A stretch of 64,000 bases of DNA from Bacilli bacterium. Its GTDB lineage: Bacteria; Bacillota_I; Bacilli_A; RF39; UBA660. The translations under genes were made by a program, and so were the position numbers. Shown here one piece after another: positions 28,828 to 38,752 of the stretch. Within the stretch, counting starts at the first letter, position 1. Each line of letters starts with the position of its first letter. The stretch covers positions 34,170 through 98,169 of the forward strand of contig JAFRIJ010000002.1 in assembly GCA_017432825.1 (NCBI GenBank), written 5' to 3'. Under the pieces are notes generated by a model. The model had not been told where the DNA came from, did no database searches, and worked only from the letters and a program-made list of their open reading frames with translations.

Positions 28828-29856
28828 TTATCTCCTTTTACTAGCCTTCTTTTCTTTCTCATATCTTTCAGCAAATAAATCCTCAGCATAGCGGAAATCA
28901 CTTGTTATTTCCTTAGGAATATTATTTTCATCAAATATATAATCACAATCTAAAATAACTATATCTCCCTTTCTTAATATTTCAGTTCCTCTATATTTGT
29001 CAAGGCCTAAAACTTTATCTGAAGGTTTTAAATCAAATCTCCAATCAATAACATTATCCTTAAGTAATCTTCCAACATTTCCCTTATAAATATCAGTCCA
29101 AACTAAACCAATATCTCTCAATTTCTTATATAGCTGATACATTTCTTCATCACTAACATAAGATTTAGTATCAACCTTTTCATTAACTTCAATAACCAAA
29201 GATAACTTATCATTAATAGGAAAAGATTTTCTAAGCAACGTTGAAACCACATAAGGATTATTATTAAATGACTTTACTCCCCTATCTTTACCAATTTTAA
29301 TTATCTTATCACCAAGACCAAAAACAGCAGAATAAGCTCCACCACCAACAATAGAAAAACTACTTAAAGGCACTTTTTCATTCCTTGCAATATCCTCTAT
29401 TATTAAATAAACTACATCTAAAATAGTATTAAATTCATTACTATCCTTAATTCTATTTTTTTCACTATTCGAAAGATAATTAAAATATTTTTCTTTTATT
29501 AAATCAATAATATATTTCCTTGGACTACTTTCAATTTTTTTAGATATCTTATTACACAAATCTTGATTATCCTTACATAAACTCTTTAATTTAAATAACC
29601 TAATATCCTTCAGTTTTAAAATATTATCCACATTATCATAGATTAAATACTTATATTCTGAAGAACAATAATCTATATAATCCAACATACTATTACAAGT
29701 ATTATTACAACAAAGAAGTCTATTATATACATCAACTACATCTATATTATTACATTTAACTAAATATAACAAAGAAGTTATCTCCTTATAACTTACTTCT
29801 TTATCACTATTTAAAACTTTCTCAAACTCATCCATAATTAACTCTCTCTCTGACAT
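28828..29856 (-). CDS. hypothetical protein with protein-kinase-like motifs
   Basis: 342 aa. Gly-rich loop VGGGAYSAVFG followed by IIKIGK, a catalytic-loop-like WTDIYKGNVG and a DFG-like ILDCDYIF. The N-terminal half is Cys-rich and helical. The start may be ATG 29835. Confidence 0.5.
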   Translation of the reverse strand: MSERELIMDEFEKVLNSDKEVSYKEITSLLYLVKCNNIDVVDVYNRLLCCNNTCNSMLDYIDYCSSEYKYLIYDNVDNILKLKDIRLFKLKSLCKDNQDLCNKISKKIESSPRKYIIDLIKEKYFNYLSNSEKNRIKDSNEFNTILDVVYLIIEDIARNEKVPLSSFSIVGGGAYSAVFGLGDKIIKIGKDRGVKSFNNNPYVVSTLLRKSFPINDKLSLVIEVNEKVDTKSYVSDEEMYQLYKKLRDIGLVWTDIYKGNVGRLLKDNVIDWRFDLKPSDKVLGLDKYRGTEILRKGDIVILDCDYIFDENNIPKEITSDFRYAEDLFAERYEKEKKASKRR

Positions 29857-30659
29857 TTATCACAATAATAAGTCCCTCTTCCACCAACCTTAATTTTTTT
29901 AATTATACTACCACATACAGGACATTTATCCTTAGTATGCACATTAAGCTCCTGTTGAAACAAGCCATGAACTCCATCAACACTACTATAACTCCTAATA
30001 GTAGTACCACCCTTTTTTATAGCCATTTCTAGTTCTAATTTAGTATATTTAATAATATTAGATAATTCTATATTATTTAATTCACATGCCTTCTTCAAAG
30101 GATTAATTCTAGATAAAAACAATATCTCATCTGCATATATATTACCAATACCCACAATAATACTTTGATCAAGTAAAACACTCTTAATAGGTAACTTCTT
30201 CTTACTATATTTTTCCTTTAAATAATTAGTCGTCAGATTTTTATCCCATGGCTCTAACCCCATATTAATAAAAGGGCCTATAGAATTAATCTTATCTTTA
30301 TCAATCAAATGCATTTTACCAAATTTTCTAACATCCGTATATCTAAGTTCGCTATCATCATCAAATCTAAATATAACATGCTCATGCTTTAAGACTATAT
30401 CATTTTTATCTTTAATAAAATACTTACCTTCCATCCTTAAATGAGATAATAAATAATAATTATCTAATACAAATATTAACCATTTACCATATCTATCTAT
30501 ATCATTAATTCTTTGCCCTTTTATATTATCACAAAACTCAGTAATACTAGGATATTCAATAATACCATCATAATTAATAATTACATCTCTAATTACTTTA
30601 CCAACAACTTTTAATTTCAAACCTTCTTTAACAGTCTCTACCTCAGGTAATTCAGGCAT
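29838..30659 (-). CDS. mutM: formamidopyrimidine-DNA glycosylase
   Basis: MPELPEVE N-terminus and a C-terminal zinc finger CPVCGSIIKKIKVGGRGTYYCDKCQ. Confidence 0.95.
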   Translation of the reverse strand: MPELPEVETVKEGLKLKVVGKVIRDVIINYDGIIEYPSITEFCDNIKGQRINDIDRYGKWLIFVLDNYYLLSHLRMEGKYFIKDKNDIVLKHEHVIFRFDDDSELRYTDVRKFGKMHLIDKDKINSIGPFINMGLEPWDKNLTTNYLKEKYSKKKLPIKSVLLDQSIIVGIGNIYADEILFLSRINPLKKACELNNIELSNIIKYTKLELEMAIKKGGTTIRSYSSVDGVHGLFQQELNVHTKDKCPVCGSIIKKIKVGGRGTYYCDKCQRES

Positions 30660-30670
30660 AATATCACCAC

Positions 30671-33226
30671 CTACTTAGCTTCATATAAATCTTTTCCTAT
30701 AGATATTTCAACTTCTAACGGAACACTTAACTTATATATATTTTCCATTATATCTTTAACTAAACTCTTAATTGTATCCAATTCATCATTATATACATTA
30801 AATACAAGTTCATCATGTATTTGAAGTAACATTTTACTCTTTAAATTTCTATTTAATAATTCTTTATCAATTTTTATCATTGCCATCTTCAATATATCAG
30901 CACTACTACCTTGTATAGGAGTATTCAAAGCCATTCTTTCACCCATACTCCTAATATTATAATTAGTATTCTTAAGTTCATTAATAATTCTTTTTCTCCC
31001 CATAATAGTCTTAACATACCCAAGCTCATATGCATTTTTAATCTCTTCATCCATATAATTCTTAATACCCGGATAAGTCTTAAAATAATTATCAATAAAT
31101 TCCTTTGCTTCCTTAGGACTAATACCTAAATCTTGAGATAATCCATAACTAGATATTCCATATATAATACCAAAATTAACAGCCTTAGCTCCCCTTCTCA
31201 TATCCTTAGTAACCTTATCCATTGGAACATGATATATCAAAGAAGCAGTATGAGTATGAATATCAAAATTATTTAAAAAAGCTTCTTTCATACTATCAAT
31301 ATTAGCTAAATGAGAAAACATTCTAAGTTCTATTTGCGAATAATCACTACTCAATAATACACTATCATTATCACTAACAAAACTTTTTCTAATTAACTTA
31401 CCATATTCATTTCTAATAGGAATATTTTGTAAATTAGGCTCAATAGATGATAATCTACCAGTTCTAGTTAATGTCTGTGTATAAATAGTATGAATTTTAC
31501 CATCTTCCATAATACTTGATTTTAATCCTTCAATATATGTACTATATAACTTAGTAAGCATCCTATATTCAAGAATTAACCCAATAATAGGATAACTACT
31601 TAACTTAGATAAAGTAGCCTCATCAGTAGCATAATTACCACTTTTACCCTTTTTACCATGCGGCATTTCTAATTTATTAAACAATATATCTCCTAATTGT
31701 TTAGGGCTCCCAATATTAAATTCACATCCAGCTAAATCATATATACTCTTACTTACATCATTAATCCTAGAAGTAATATCCTTACCCATATCATCCAATA
31801 TATTACTATCACATCTAATACCAGTATATTCCATTCTACCAAGAACAAAAGATAAAGGCATTTCTATATCATTATATATATCAAGCACTCCTTCATGCTT
31901 CATATCATTAATAAGTTTATCTCTAACATCATATATAAACTTAGCTTTCATTACACATCTCTTAGCTCTCATCTCTAATGATAATTCTTCTTTTTTATCA
32001 TAAAAAGGAATATCAACCCCCATATCATGTGCAACATATGCTATATCATCATTAACATTATAATTAAGTAAATAACAAGAAATCATTACATCATCACTAA
32101 TATTAGTTAATTCTATATTATTATATTTAAAACTAACATACATTTTTTTAGCATCATAAGTATATATATTTCCATTTATACAAGATATATCATCAAATCC
32201 ATCAATATAAATACTATTATTTTTATTATATATACCAATTCCTATAATAGTACCCTTATGATAATTAGTATTATCCATATCCACATATACACCAACATCA
32301 TCATTAATCACTATATTCTTAATACTATTAACTATATTTATATTTAAATTATTAGAATTATCTACAACATCAACTTTCTTAATAAATGAATAAAATTCTA
32401 ATTCATTAAATAATTTAACCAATTCATTACTAAAATTATTACTATATTTAATATCATCAATAGTAATATCAACTGGAACCTCTTTATATATAGTAGCAAT
32501 CTCTTTACTCATAAAAGCACTTTCTAAACCATCTCTTAACTTATTACCAGTAGCTCCCTTAATTTCATCTATATGCTTATATAAATTTTCTACACTATCA
32601 TATTCTTGCAATAACTTCAAAGCTGTTTTCTCACCAATCCCCTTAACACCAGGAATATTATCAGAAGGATCTCCCATTAAACCCTTTAAATCAATCATCC
32701 TAATAGGTTCTATACCATAAGTATTAACAAAAGTGTCATGATCCATCATAATATAATCCTTACTCTTTAATAGTTTAACAGAAACATTATCACTTATTAA
32801 TTGCAATAAATCTTTATCACTACTAACAATTAATCCATTATATTTATCATCATTATCAATCATATTAGCAAATGTCCCTATAATATCATCAGCCTCATAA
32901 CCAGGTGTTTCTAAATATTTAATACCCATTGCATTAAGTATTTCTTTAGCAACAGGAAACTGCATCTTTAATTCATCTGGAGTTTCTATTCTACCACCCT
33001 TATAAGAATCATACTTCTCATGTCTAAACGTTTTACCAATATCAAATGCAACTAACATATACTTAGGATTTTCTTCATTAATTATCTTGTTAATCATATT
33101 AACAAAACCATATAATCCATTAGTAGGAAAACCTTTACTATTTCTCATAATATTACCCGTATATGCAGTAGCATAATAACTCCTAAACAATAAATTATTA
33201 CCATCTACTAATATAACTTTATCCAT
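30671..33226 (-). CDS. polA: DNA polymerase I
   Basis: 851 aa. 5'-nuclease N-domain and polymerase motifs DYSQIELR, RRGAKAVNFGIIYG and QIHDELVF. Confidence 0.96.
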   Translation of the reverse strand: MDKVILVDGNNLLFRSYYATAYTGNIMRNSKGFPTNGLYGFVNMINKIINEENPKYMLVAFDIGKTFRHEKYDSYKGGRIETPDELKMQFPVAKEILNAMGIKYLETPGYEADDIIGTFANMIDNDDKYNGLIVSSDKDLLQLISDNVSVKLLKSKDYIMMDHDTFVNTYGIEPIRMIDLKGLMGDPSDNIPGVKGIGEKTALKLLQEYDSVENLYKHIDEIKGATGNKLRDGLESAFMSKEIATIYKEVPVDITIDDIKYSNNFSNELVKLFNELEFYSFIKKVDVVDNSNNLNINIVNSIKNIVINDDVGVYVDMDNTNYHKGTIIGIGIYNKNNSIYIDGFDDISCINGNIYTYDAKKMYVSFKYNNIELTNISDDVMISCYLLNYNVNDDIAYVAHDMGVDIPFYDKKEELSLEMRAKRCVMKAKFIYDVRDKLINDMKHEGVLDIYNDIEMPLSFVLGRMEYTGIRCDSNILDDMGKDITSRINDVSKSIYDLAGCEFNIGSPKQLGDILFNKLEMPHGKKGKSGNYATDEATLSKLSSYPIIGLILEYRMLTKLYSTYIEGLKSSIMEDGKIHTIYTQTLTRTGRLSSIEPNLQNIPIRNEYGKLIRKSFVSDNDSVLLSSDYSQIELRMFSHLANIDSMKEAFLNNFDIHTHTASLIYHVPMDKVTKDMRRGAKAVNFGIIYGISSYGLSQDLGISPKEAKEFIDNYFKTYPGIKNYMDEEIKNAYELGYVKTIMGRKRIINELKNTNYNIRSMGERMALNTPIQGSSADILKMAMIKIDKELLNRNLKSKMLLQIHDELVFNVYNDELDTIKSLVKDIMENIYKLSVPLEVEISIGKDLYEAK

Positions 33227-33293
33227 ATAATATCACCTAAAACAATTATAACATAATTAATTAAACAATAATAACAATAAATAATAAGGTAAC

Positions 33294-33317
33294 AAAAAAA
33301 GAACATATAAAATGTTC
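33294..33317 (-). terminator. rho-independent terminator after the 105-aa membrane protein gene
   Basis: Stem GAACAT/ATGTTC (33301-33306 / 33312-33317) followed on the minus strand by seven T. Confidence 0.6.
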
Positions 33318-33325
33318 TTCAATAA

Positions 33326-33643
33326 TTACTTGTATATAACATTTGTATCAGTCCAACAACTAATTGCAGTATCATCACCATTAGCATTTTTAGAAACAAT
33401 ACCCATTACAAAACTAACTAAAGTTACAACTAAAAATACTGCTATTGCATAAATAAGTCTCTTAATAAAAGTATTTTGAGCTTTTTTCATTTCATCTTCT
33501 TTACCTGCTACAACAGCCTTTGCTAAATCAATAGTACCAAATACTATTAGTAAAATAGGAATACCCCATCTAATAATATTAATAATAGCTTTAATTATAC
33601 GAATTGCAGGTGCTAAAGTATCACAATAATCTAAAAAAAACAT
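33326..33643 (-). CDS. small two-TM membrane protein (VirB2/TrbC-like topology, family uncertain)
   Basis: 105 aa. Two hydrophobic spans (WGIPILLIVFGTIDLAKAVV and LIYAIAVFLVVTLVSFVMGIV) separated by a charged loop (GKEDEMKKAQNTFIKR). Confidence 0.5.
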   Translation of the reverse strand: MFFLDYCDTLAPAIRIIKAIINIIRWGIPILLIVFGTIDLAKAVVAGKEDEMKKAQNTFIKRLIYAIAVFLVVTLVSFVMGIVSKNANGDDTAISCWTDTNVIYK

Positions 33644-33756
33644 AATCTTTCCTCCTCACATCTATACATAAATAATACACTATATTTAACATAAAGTCAA
33701 TATTTTAACAAGAATAAATATTTAAGCCATATGTATTAAATTATATTCACTATAAA

Positions 33757-35214
33757 CTATTTATATTTAAAAAGAACAAAATTTTTATCTCTATATATAT
33801 CATTTCCAACATCTCTAATTAATAATTCATAAAAAATACTATCTTTATTAATTAAAATATATTCTACTTCATATTTATCAAAAACCTTTAAATAGCTAAC
33901 AGCTTTAATATCAAGAATATCATCAAATAGTGTTACACCCTTATTAAATTCATTTAAATATAAATCACATCTACTATCAATAATAACAGGTATATCATTT
34001 AACATTAAATAACTACCATAATTATATGCATTAAACAGTTTAATATTTTTATAATCAAGATTTTCTTTAATATATTTAACCGCATCCACAGGAAATTCCT
34101 TTTTATTAACATAAGAAGCATTATTATTAGAATGAATAATCATCACAGCAATAATTATAACAATAAAACCAACATACCATTTTTGAGCAACTTTATTAAG
34201 TAAAATTTCAAACTTAGAACTCTTTTTACTATTTAAATATCTAGAAATAATAATTAGAATAAACATAACTCCAATTGAATAGAAAAAAGATAGATGTCTC
34301 ATTGAAATTAAACTCATTATCATTACACCCAAAATCATAAATAACTCAGATAATTTTATCTTAGCTTTAGTAAAAATCATAAAAATTAATAATATTAAAA
34401 CAAATATCAAAAACATAGGATATTTAATTACAATTAAAGGAAAGTGTTCTGTAATAAATTTTTGACTATCACCCATCATTATTCTAAAAACATAAGAATA
34501 ACATATCCTACTTGGAGATAACAATCCCATACCAAATGATAATATAAAAGAAATAATTAAATACTTAAAATTATCATTTTTACTAATAATAAGCTTATCA
34601 CTTATCTTAAACTTAAATTTCTTACTAAAAAAATAAAAAATTTCTTCCCCAATAAAAGGTAAAAATAACACAAAATAAAATAACCATACAGTACCATGAA
34701 TATTTGCCAAAAGCAAAGATAAAAAACATAAAATAATAATATATCTTTTTTTACCACCATCAATTAATTTAAAAATATAATATATCTCTAAAATAAATAT
34801 AATAAGCGAAAACAACTGTGCTCTTGCAGTAGCAGCTCCCAACAAGCAAAAACTAACAATCAATGTAAAAAGAATTGATAAAAACTCATTCTTATTTATC
34901 TTCATATTAACATAATAAAAAGTAATTATTAATAATATATAACTAAAAACAGTACTTACATAAATACCATTAAATCCTAAAGAATTATATACATAGTAAA
35001 TAAAAACATCATATAACCAATGTGGATAAGTATATATTAAATTAGCAACCCAACACCAATGATCTTTTAAATCAATACCATGATGAACAATATAATCACC
35101 TAATTTAATCATATAAAAAGTATCATTTTGCATTTCTTTAGTAATACAACAAAAAGAAATAAAAATAACTAATATAAAAAAACATAATCTAATAATATTT
35201 CTATTATTATCCAT
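33757..35214 (-). CDS. polytopic membrane protein, GT-C-like architecture (about 10 or more TM plus a C-terminal soluble domain)
   Basis: Start at ATG 35214 behind AGGTG. Many TM spans are followed by an extracytoplasmic domain of about 120 aa. The resemblance to ArnT/PMT-type glycosyltransferases is in layout only. Confidence 0.45.
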   Translation of the reverse strand: MDNNRNIIRLCFFILVIFISFCCITKEMQNDTFYMIKLGDYIVHHGIDLKDHWCWVANLIYTYPHWLYDVFIYYVYNSLGFNGIYVSTVFSYILLIITFYYVNMKINKNEFLSILFTLIVSFCLLGAATARAQLFSLIIFILEIYYIFKLIDGGKKRYIIILCFLSLLLANIHGTVWLFYFVLFLPFIGEEIFYFFSKKFKFKISDKLIISKNDNFKYLIISFILSFGMGLLSPSRICYSYVFRIMMGDSQKFITEHFPLIVIKYPMFLIFVLILLIFMIFTKAKIKLSELFMILGVMIMSLISMRHLSFFYSIGVMFILIIISRYLNSKKSSKFEILLNKVAQKWYVGFIVIIIAVMIIHSNNNASYVNKKEFPVDAVKYIKENLDYKNIKLFNAYNYGSYLMLNDIPVIIDSRCDLYLNEFNKGVTLFDDILDIKAVSYLKVFDKYEVEYILINKDSIFYELLIRDVGNDIYRDKNFVLFKYK

Positions 35215-35292
35215 ACATATCACCTAAAAACAATATAACATATATATTTTAACCAAACAATAAAGTTAACAAAAAAAATAACTACATAGTAG

Positions 35293-36333
35293 TTAAAATT
35301 TTAAAAATTTATTATTAGATGTATCATTACCTTCATTAGATATCCTTCTATATAAACCTAGCTTACCTAAGAAAGGAAGTAATATTCTAGAATTATCTTC
35401 TCTATCATTCATTGGAGGTAAAGCATAGAAAATCTTTGTATTAGCCTCTCTACCAAATAATGATATATCTTTTTCGTTAAGTAAACAATCATTAAGTACA
35501 ACCTTATAATCTCTTAATTTAATAAAAGAATTAGGTTCTAATCTAGCAATCTTATTTATAGACAAAGTAGAAGGCTCTATTAAATATATAATATCATCAC
35601 ATAAACTCTTAGCATCTTCTTCAGGAAAATCATTTAAATCAACTAAAATAATATTAACATCCCTATACTTATCTATACTATTTCTTAATTCACTAGCAGT
35701 AACAGAAATCATACTCTTATCATTAAAGAATAAAAAATCAGACTTATTTACCTCTAAAGAAATAACAGAATAATTCTTCTCTAATTGACGTTTAATCATA
35801 TATATCAAACTAGTAGCCCCAGCATGATTAGTAAAATTCTTAAACCCAATTACATTAACCTTACTAGAAGACACATTACCTTGCATAACTTGATTACTAT
35901 TATTAACATTCATAGAGTTAACATTAGCATTAGTATTTACATTATTACTAACATTATCCATATTCTGATATCTAACTACATCCCTATACTGATTAGGATT
36001 ATTATATAAATATATTAGTTCATTCTCATTACGAGCAAAATTATATATACCCATACTAATCAATTTAGAAATATAAGCATTATTAATAACAGGATCATCA
36101 TTTAATAATAATATAATTTTACTAACATCAAGTCCAATAGAAAGTTTTTGAATATTATTTATATCTCTGTAATTTTGTATAGAAGTAATATCCAAAAACA
36201 TTCTATTGAAAAAGAAATTAGAAAATGTTTGTACTAATTCATCAGCAGAAAATTCACCACTAATAGACTTAATAATATCAACATTCAAATTAGTAAACTT
36301 ATCCCTATTTAAATTAGATACTATAACATTCAT
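35293..36333 (-). CDS. TadZ/CpaE-like protein (receiver-like N-domain plus degenerate ParA/MinD ATPase)
   Basis: 346 aa. The N-terminal region has a response-regulator-like pattern ending in ISMGIYNFA. The C-terminal half is ParA-like with a degenerate P-loop (FTNHAGATSL). It lies in the Tad gene neighbourhood. Confidence 0.55.
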   Translation of the reverse strand: MNVIVSNLNRDKFTNLNVDIIKSISGEFSADELVQTFSNFFFNRMFLDITSIQNYRDINNIQKLSIGLDVSKIILLLNDDPVINNAYISKLISMGIYNFARNENELIYLYNNPNQYRDVVRYQNMDNVSNNVNTNANVNSMNVNNSNQVMQGNVSSSKVNVIGFKNFTNHAGATSLIYMIKRQLEKNYSVISLEVNKSDFLFFNDKSMISVTASELRNSIDKYRDVNIILVDLNDFPEEDAKSLCDDIIYLIEPSTLSINKIARLEPNSFIKLRDYKVVLNDCLLNEKDISLFGREANTKIFYALPPMNDREDNSRILLPFLGKLGLYRRISNEGNDTSNNKFLKF

Positions 36334-36345
36334 ACAAACACCTCC

Positions 36346-36777
36346 TTAATTTGTTTTAATTACAACTGTCTCTCCACTGGCAGTGATAGGCAAGTCCAAG
36401 ACACTTAATATAGGAAAATTAATTACATGGTATACCTTTACTAAATAATAAGGTTCATCTGAACTAGGATTCTCATTAATAATACATATTCCTAAATCAG
36501 AAAAATTAGTATCTCCTCCAGGACAAGCAGATTGAAAAGTTAAATTTCCTTCAAATCTTGTAGTATAAGGAACAGAATGCAAATAATCCTCCAACTTTTG
36601 ATGAACAATAATACCATTATCTCCATCATATTGATATTGCTCCAATATATTTATAACGTTATTCTTTACTCTATATATCTTAGCAAAATTTAAAGCTACT
36701 CCAATAAATGCAACATATATTATAAAAAATACCATAAATAATTTTAACAAAAAACTACCGCCAAACGCCTCTTGCAT
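36346..36777 (-). CDS. TadE-like pseudopilin
   Basis: Start at ATG 36777 (MQEAFGGSFLLKLFMVFFIIYVAFIGVAL), 8 nt after AGGTGG. Has an N-terminal hydrophobic helix. Directly downstream of the pilin ORF. Confidence 0.55.
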   Translation of the reverse strand: MQEAFGGSFLLKLFMVFFIIYVAFIGVALNFAKIYRVKNNVINILEQYQYDGDNGIIVHQKLEDYLHSVPYTTRFEGNLTFQSACPGGDTNFSDLGICIINENPSSDEPYYLVKVYHVINFPILSVLDLPITASGETVVIKTN

Positions 36778-36818
36778 AATCATCACCACCTAATTCTAAC
36801 TATTCTATAATAAATAAA

Positions 36819-36998
36819 CTAAGGAGTAGGATTAATGTTATCGATACCTTGATTTGTTTTTTGTGTCATTCCATCCCAAGTACCATTAATATACTCTTTC
36901 ATTTTTGGAAAAAGGAAAACAGTCAAAATACCTAATATTGCAATAACTGCAATAATAACTACAACAGTCATGCTTAATTCACCTGTAGCTTCTTTCAT
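36819..36998 (-). CDS. Flp-type pilin candidate (59 aa, absent from the ORF track)
   Basis: ATG 36996-36998 follows an AAGGAGGTG RBS. Translation is MKEATGELSMTVVVIIAVIAILGILTVFLFPKMKEYINGTWDGMTQKTNQGIDNINPTP, a short polar leader ending in Gly followed by a hydrophobic helix of about 22 aa. It sits between the TadC-like and TadE-like genes. Confidence 0.6.
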   Translation of the reverse strand: MKEATGELSMTVVVIIAVIAILGILTVFLFPKMKEYINGTWDGMTQKTNQGIDNINPTP

Positions 36999-37041
36999 TC
37001 AAAACTCACCTCCTTAATATCAAAATATATTTTTTATCAAA

Positions 37042-37833
37042 TTACATAGCAGCAGCAAGCATCATAAACATTGATACTAATAGTAACAACATTCCCCCGC
37101 CACCTGTACAAACTAGCATTATCATAGTCATGCTTTCCATTCTATGAAGTCTATTTTTATACTTTTGTTCTCTTGCTTTTTCTTGTAAACTAGATACACT
37201 TTTAGAGAAAGATAATAGCTGTTGATGTTTTCTTTCTTGTTCTCCAAGACCTAATCTATATAATAATCTCATCATTCTCATAGAATCCCTAACAGGATAT
37301 CTATTAGCAAAATCAGTATAAGGTTGAATACTAGAGTCACCAGCTTCAATCTTAGCAACTAATTCTTTAAGTCCAGGTTTAAATACTGCAGGAGCATCAT
37401 CTATACTTCTAGCAAGAGCTACTGGAACTGTATAATGTTGAATTAATACTTCTAAACCTTTTAAGTAATAAGGAAGTAAAGAATCAACCTCTAATAAATG
37501 CTTTTTATAATAACTTCTTAAACTTATATAATCATATTTAAATACTACAAACGCAGCAATTAAAGATATAACTACATTTAAAAAGTTTAAATTAGTAATA
37601 AACACAAATAACATAAGAGCTAAAATAAGAAAAGCATTTCTAAACCTAGTCATATATATCTTTTGAGGATCAACTACTCTGTCACCATATTTTGCATACA
37701 ATAAAAACTCATAATCACTTTCTTTTAAAGAATTAAATAAATCTTTATTGTCTTCTACAAATCTACCAGTATTAAATCTACCAGTATATATAAACATAAA
37801 AATAACTATAACACCAACTATAAATATTTCCAT
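37042..37833 (-). CDS. TadC-like type II secretion system F-family membrane protein
   Basis: Start moved to ATG 37833 (MEIFIVGVIVIF), parallel to the TadB-like N-terminus MLEIFIICV. It has an N-terminal TM, a central pair of hydrophobic spans and a C-terminal TM. Adjacent to the TadB/TadA-like genes. Confidence 0.7.
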   Translation of the reverse strand: MEIFIVGVIVIFMFIYTGRFNTGRFVEDNKDLFNSLKESDYEFLLYAKYGDRVVDPQKIYMTRFRNAFLILALMLFVFITNLNFLNVVISLIAAFVVFKYDYISLRSYYKKHLLEVDSLLPYYLKGLEVLIQHYTVPVALARSIDDAPAVFKPGLKELVAKIEAGDSSIQPYTDFANRYPVRDSMRMMRLLYRLGLGEQERKHQQLLSFSKSVSSLQEKAREQKYKNRLHRMESMTMIMLVCTGGGGMLLLLVSMFMMLAAAM

Positions 37834-37834
37834 A

Positions 37835-38731
37835 CTATTCAGCCCCCACATTCTCATTATAGAATCTTTCACCTTTTACTAAGAAAAAAGTATTTATAAA
37901 AACTAATCCATGCAAGGCAATTACAATAAATATATTATCTAGCATTGAAATATAAGTATCTATTTGAACAAGAAATTGAAGTAATATTACTATTCCATAC
38001 AAAGCAAATCCAAACAATAAAAACTGTCTATGGAAATTAGCTCTATCCATTCTATCTCTATATACACCTTCAACTAATATATCTATATCTGATAACATAT
38101 TTTCAAAAGTCTCAGCAGTATCTTTAGCACCTTCTTTAGTTACTTGTAAAAATAATTGATGCATATTCTTTACCATAAAGAAAGGATATTTAGCGTTCAT
38201 ATATTCAATAGATGCATATACATCTCCTTTTTCATAAGATAAAGCTATCATTGTTTTTACATCAGATAATACCGGATCTTCTAATATACCAGACTCAACT
38301 ACACCTTCTAATGATTTAACAAAAGCTTGAGTAGTAGCAAATTCCATAATAGTATTTGTAACATATACTTGAATTTGTTCAAATATAAACTCACTATATT
38401 GTCTTTTAGACCTTAAATATGTTAAATAAGGAATAAAAGCAATAGCAATAATACCATATACTATAGCCCAAATTAAACTATAAAAGTATAAATAACCTAC
38501 TCCAGCAGCAAAACCACCAATTAGTACAATCTGAGTAACATATTGCTTAGTAGTATAATCTATTCCCAAAGATTTAATCTTTGATCTCATTTCTTTATAA
38601 GAATAAGGTGCATATTTATCATATAATTCAGTTGCTTTAGCAGATACGAATTTATATACACCATCACCCGTACTTGCTCTATAAGTAACTATAAAGATAA
38701 TTATCACACATATTATAAAAATCTCTAGCAC
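37835..38731 (-). CDS. TadB-like type II secretion system F-family membrane protein
   Basis: 298 aa with the same topology as its neighbour. Directly downstream of the secretion ATPase. Confidence 0.7.
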   Translation of the reverse strand: MLEIFIICVIIIFIVTYRASTGDGVYKFVSAKATELYDKYAPYSYKEMRSKIKSLGIDYTTKQYVTQIVLIGGFAAGVGYLYFYSLIWAIVYGIIAIAFIPYLTYLRSKRQYSEFIFEQIQVYVTNTIMEFATTQAFVKSLEGVVESGILEDPVLSDVKTMIALSYEKGDVYASIEYMNAKYPFFMVKNMHQLFLQVTKEGAKDTAETFENMLSDIDILVEGVYRDRMDRANFHRQFLLFGFALYGIVILLQFLVQIDTYISMLDNIFIVIALHGLVFINTFFLVKGERFYNENVGAE

Positions 38732-38752
38732 ATAACCACCTCTATTCTTTTA

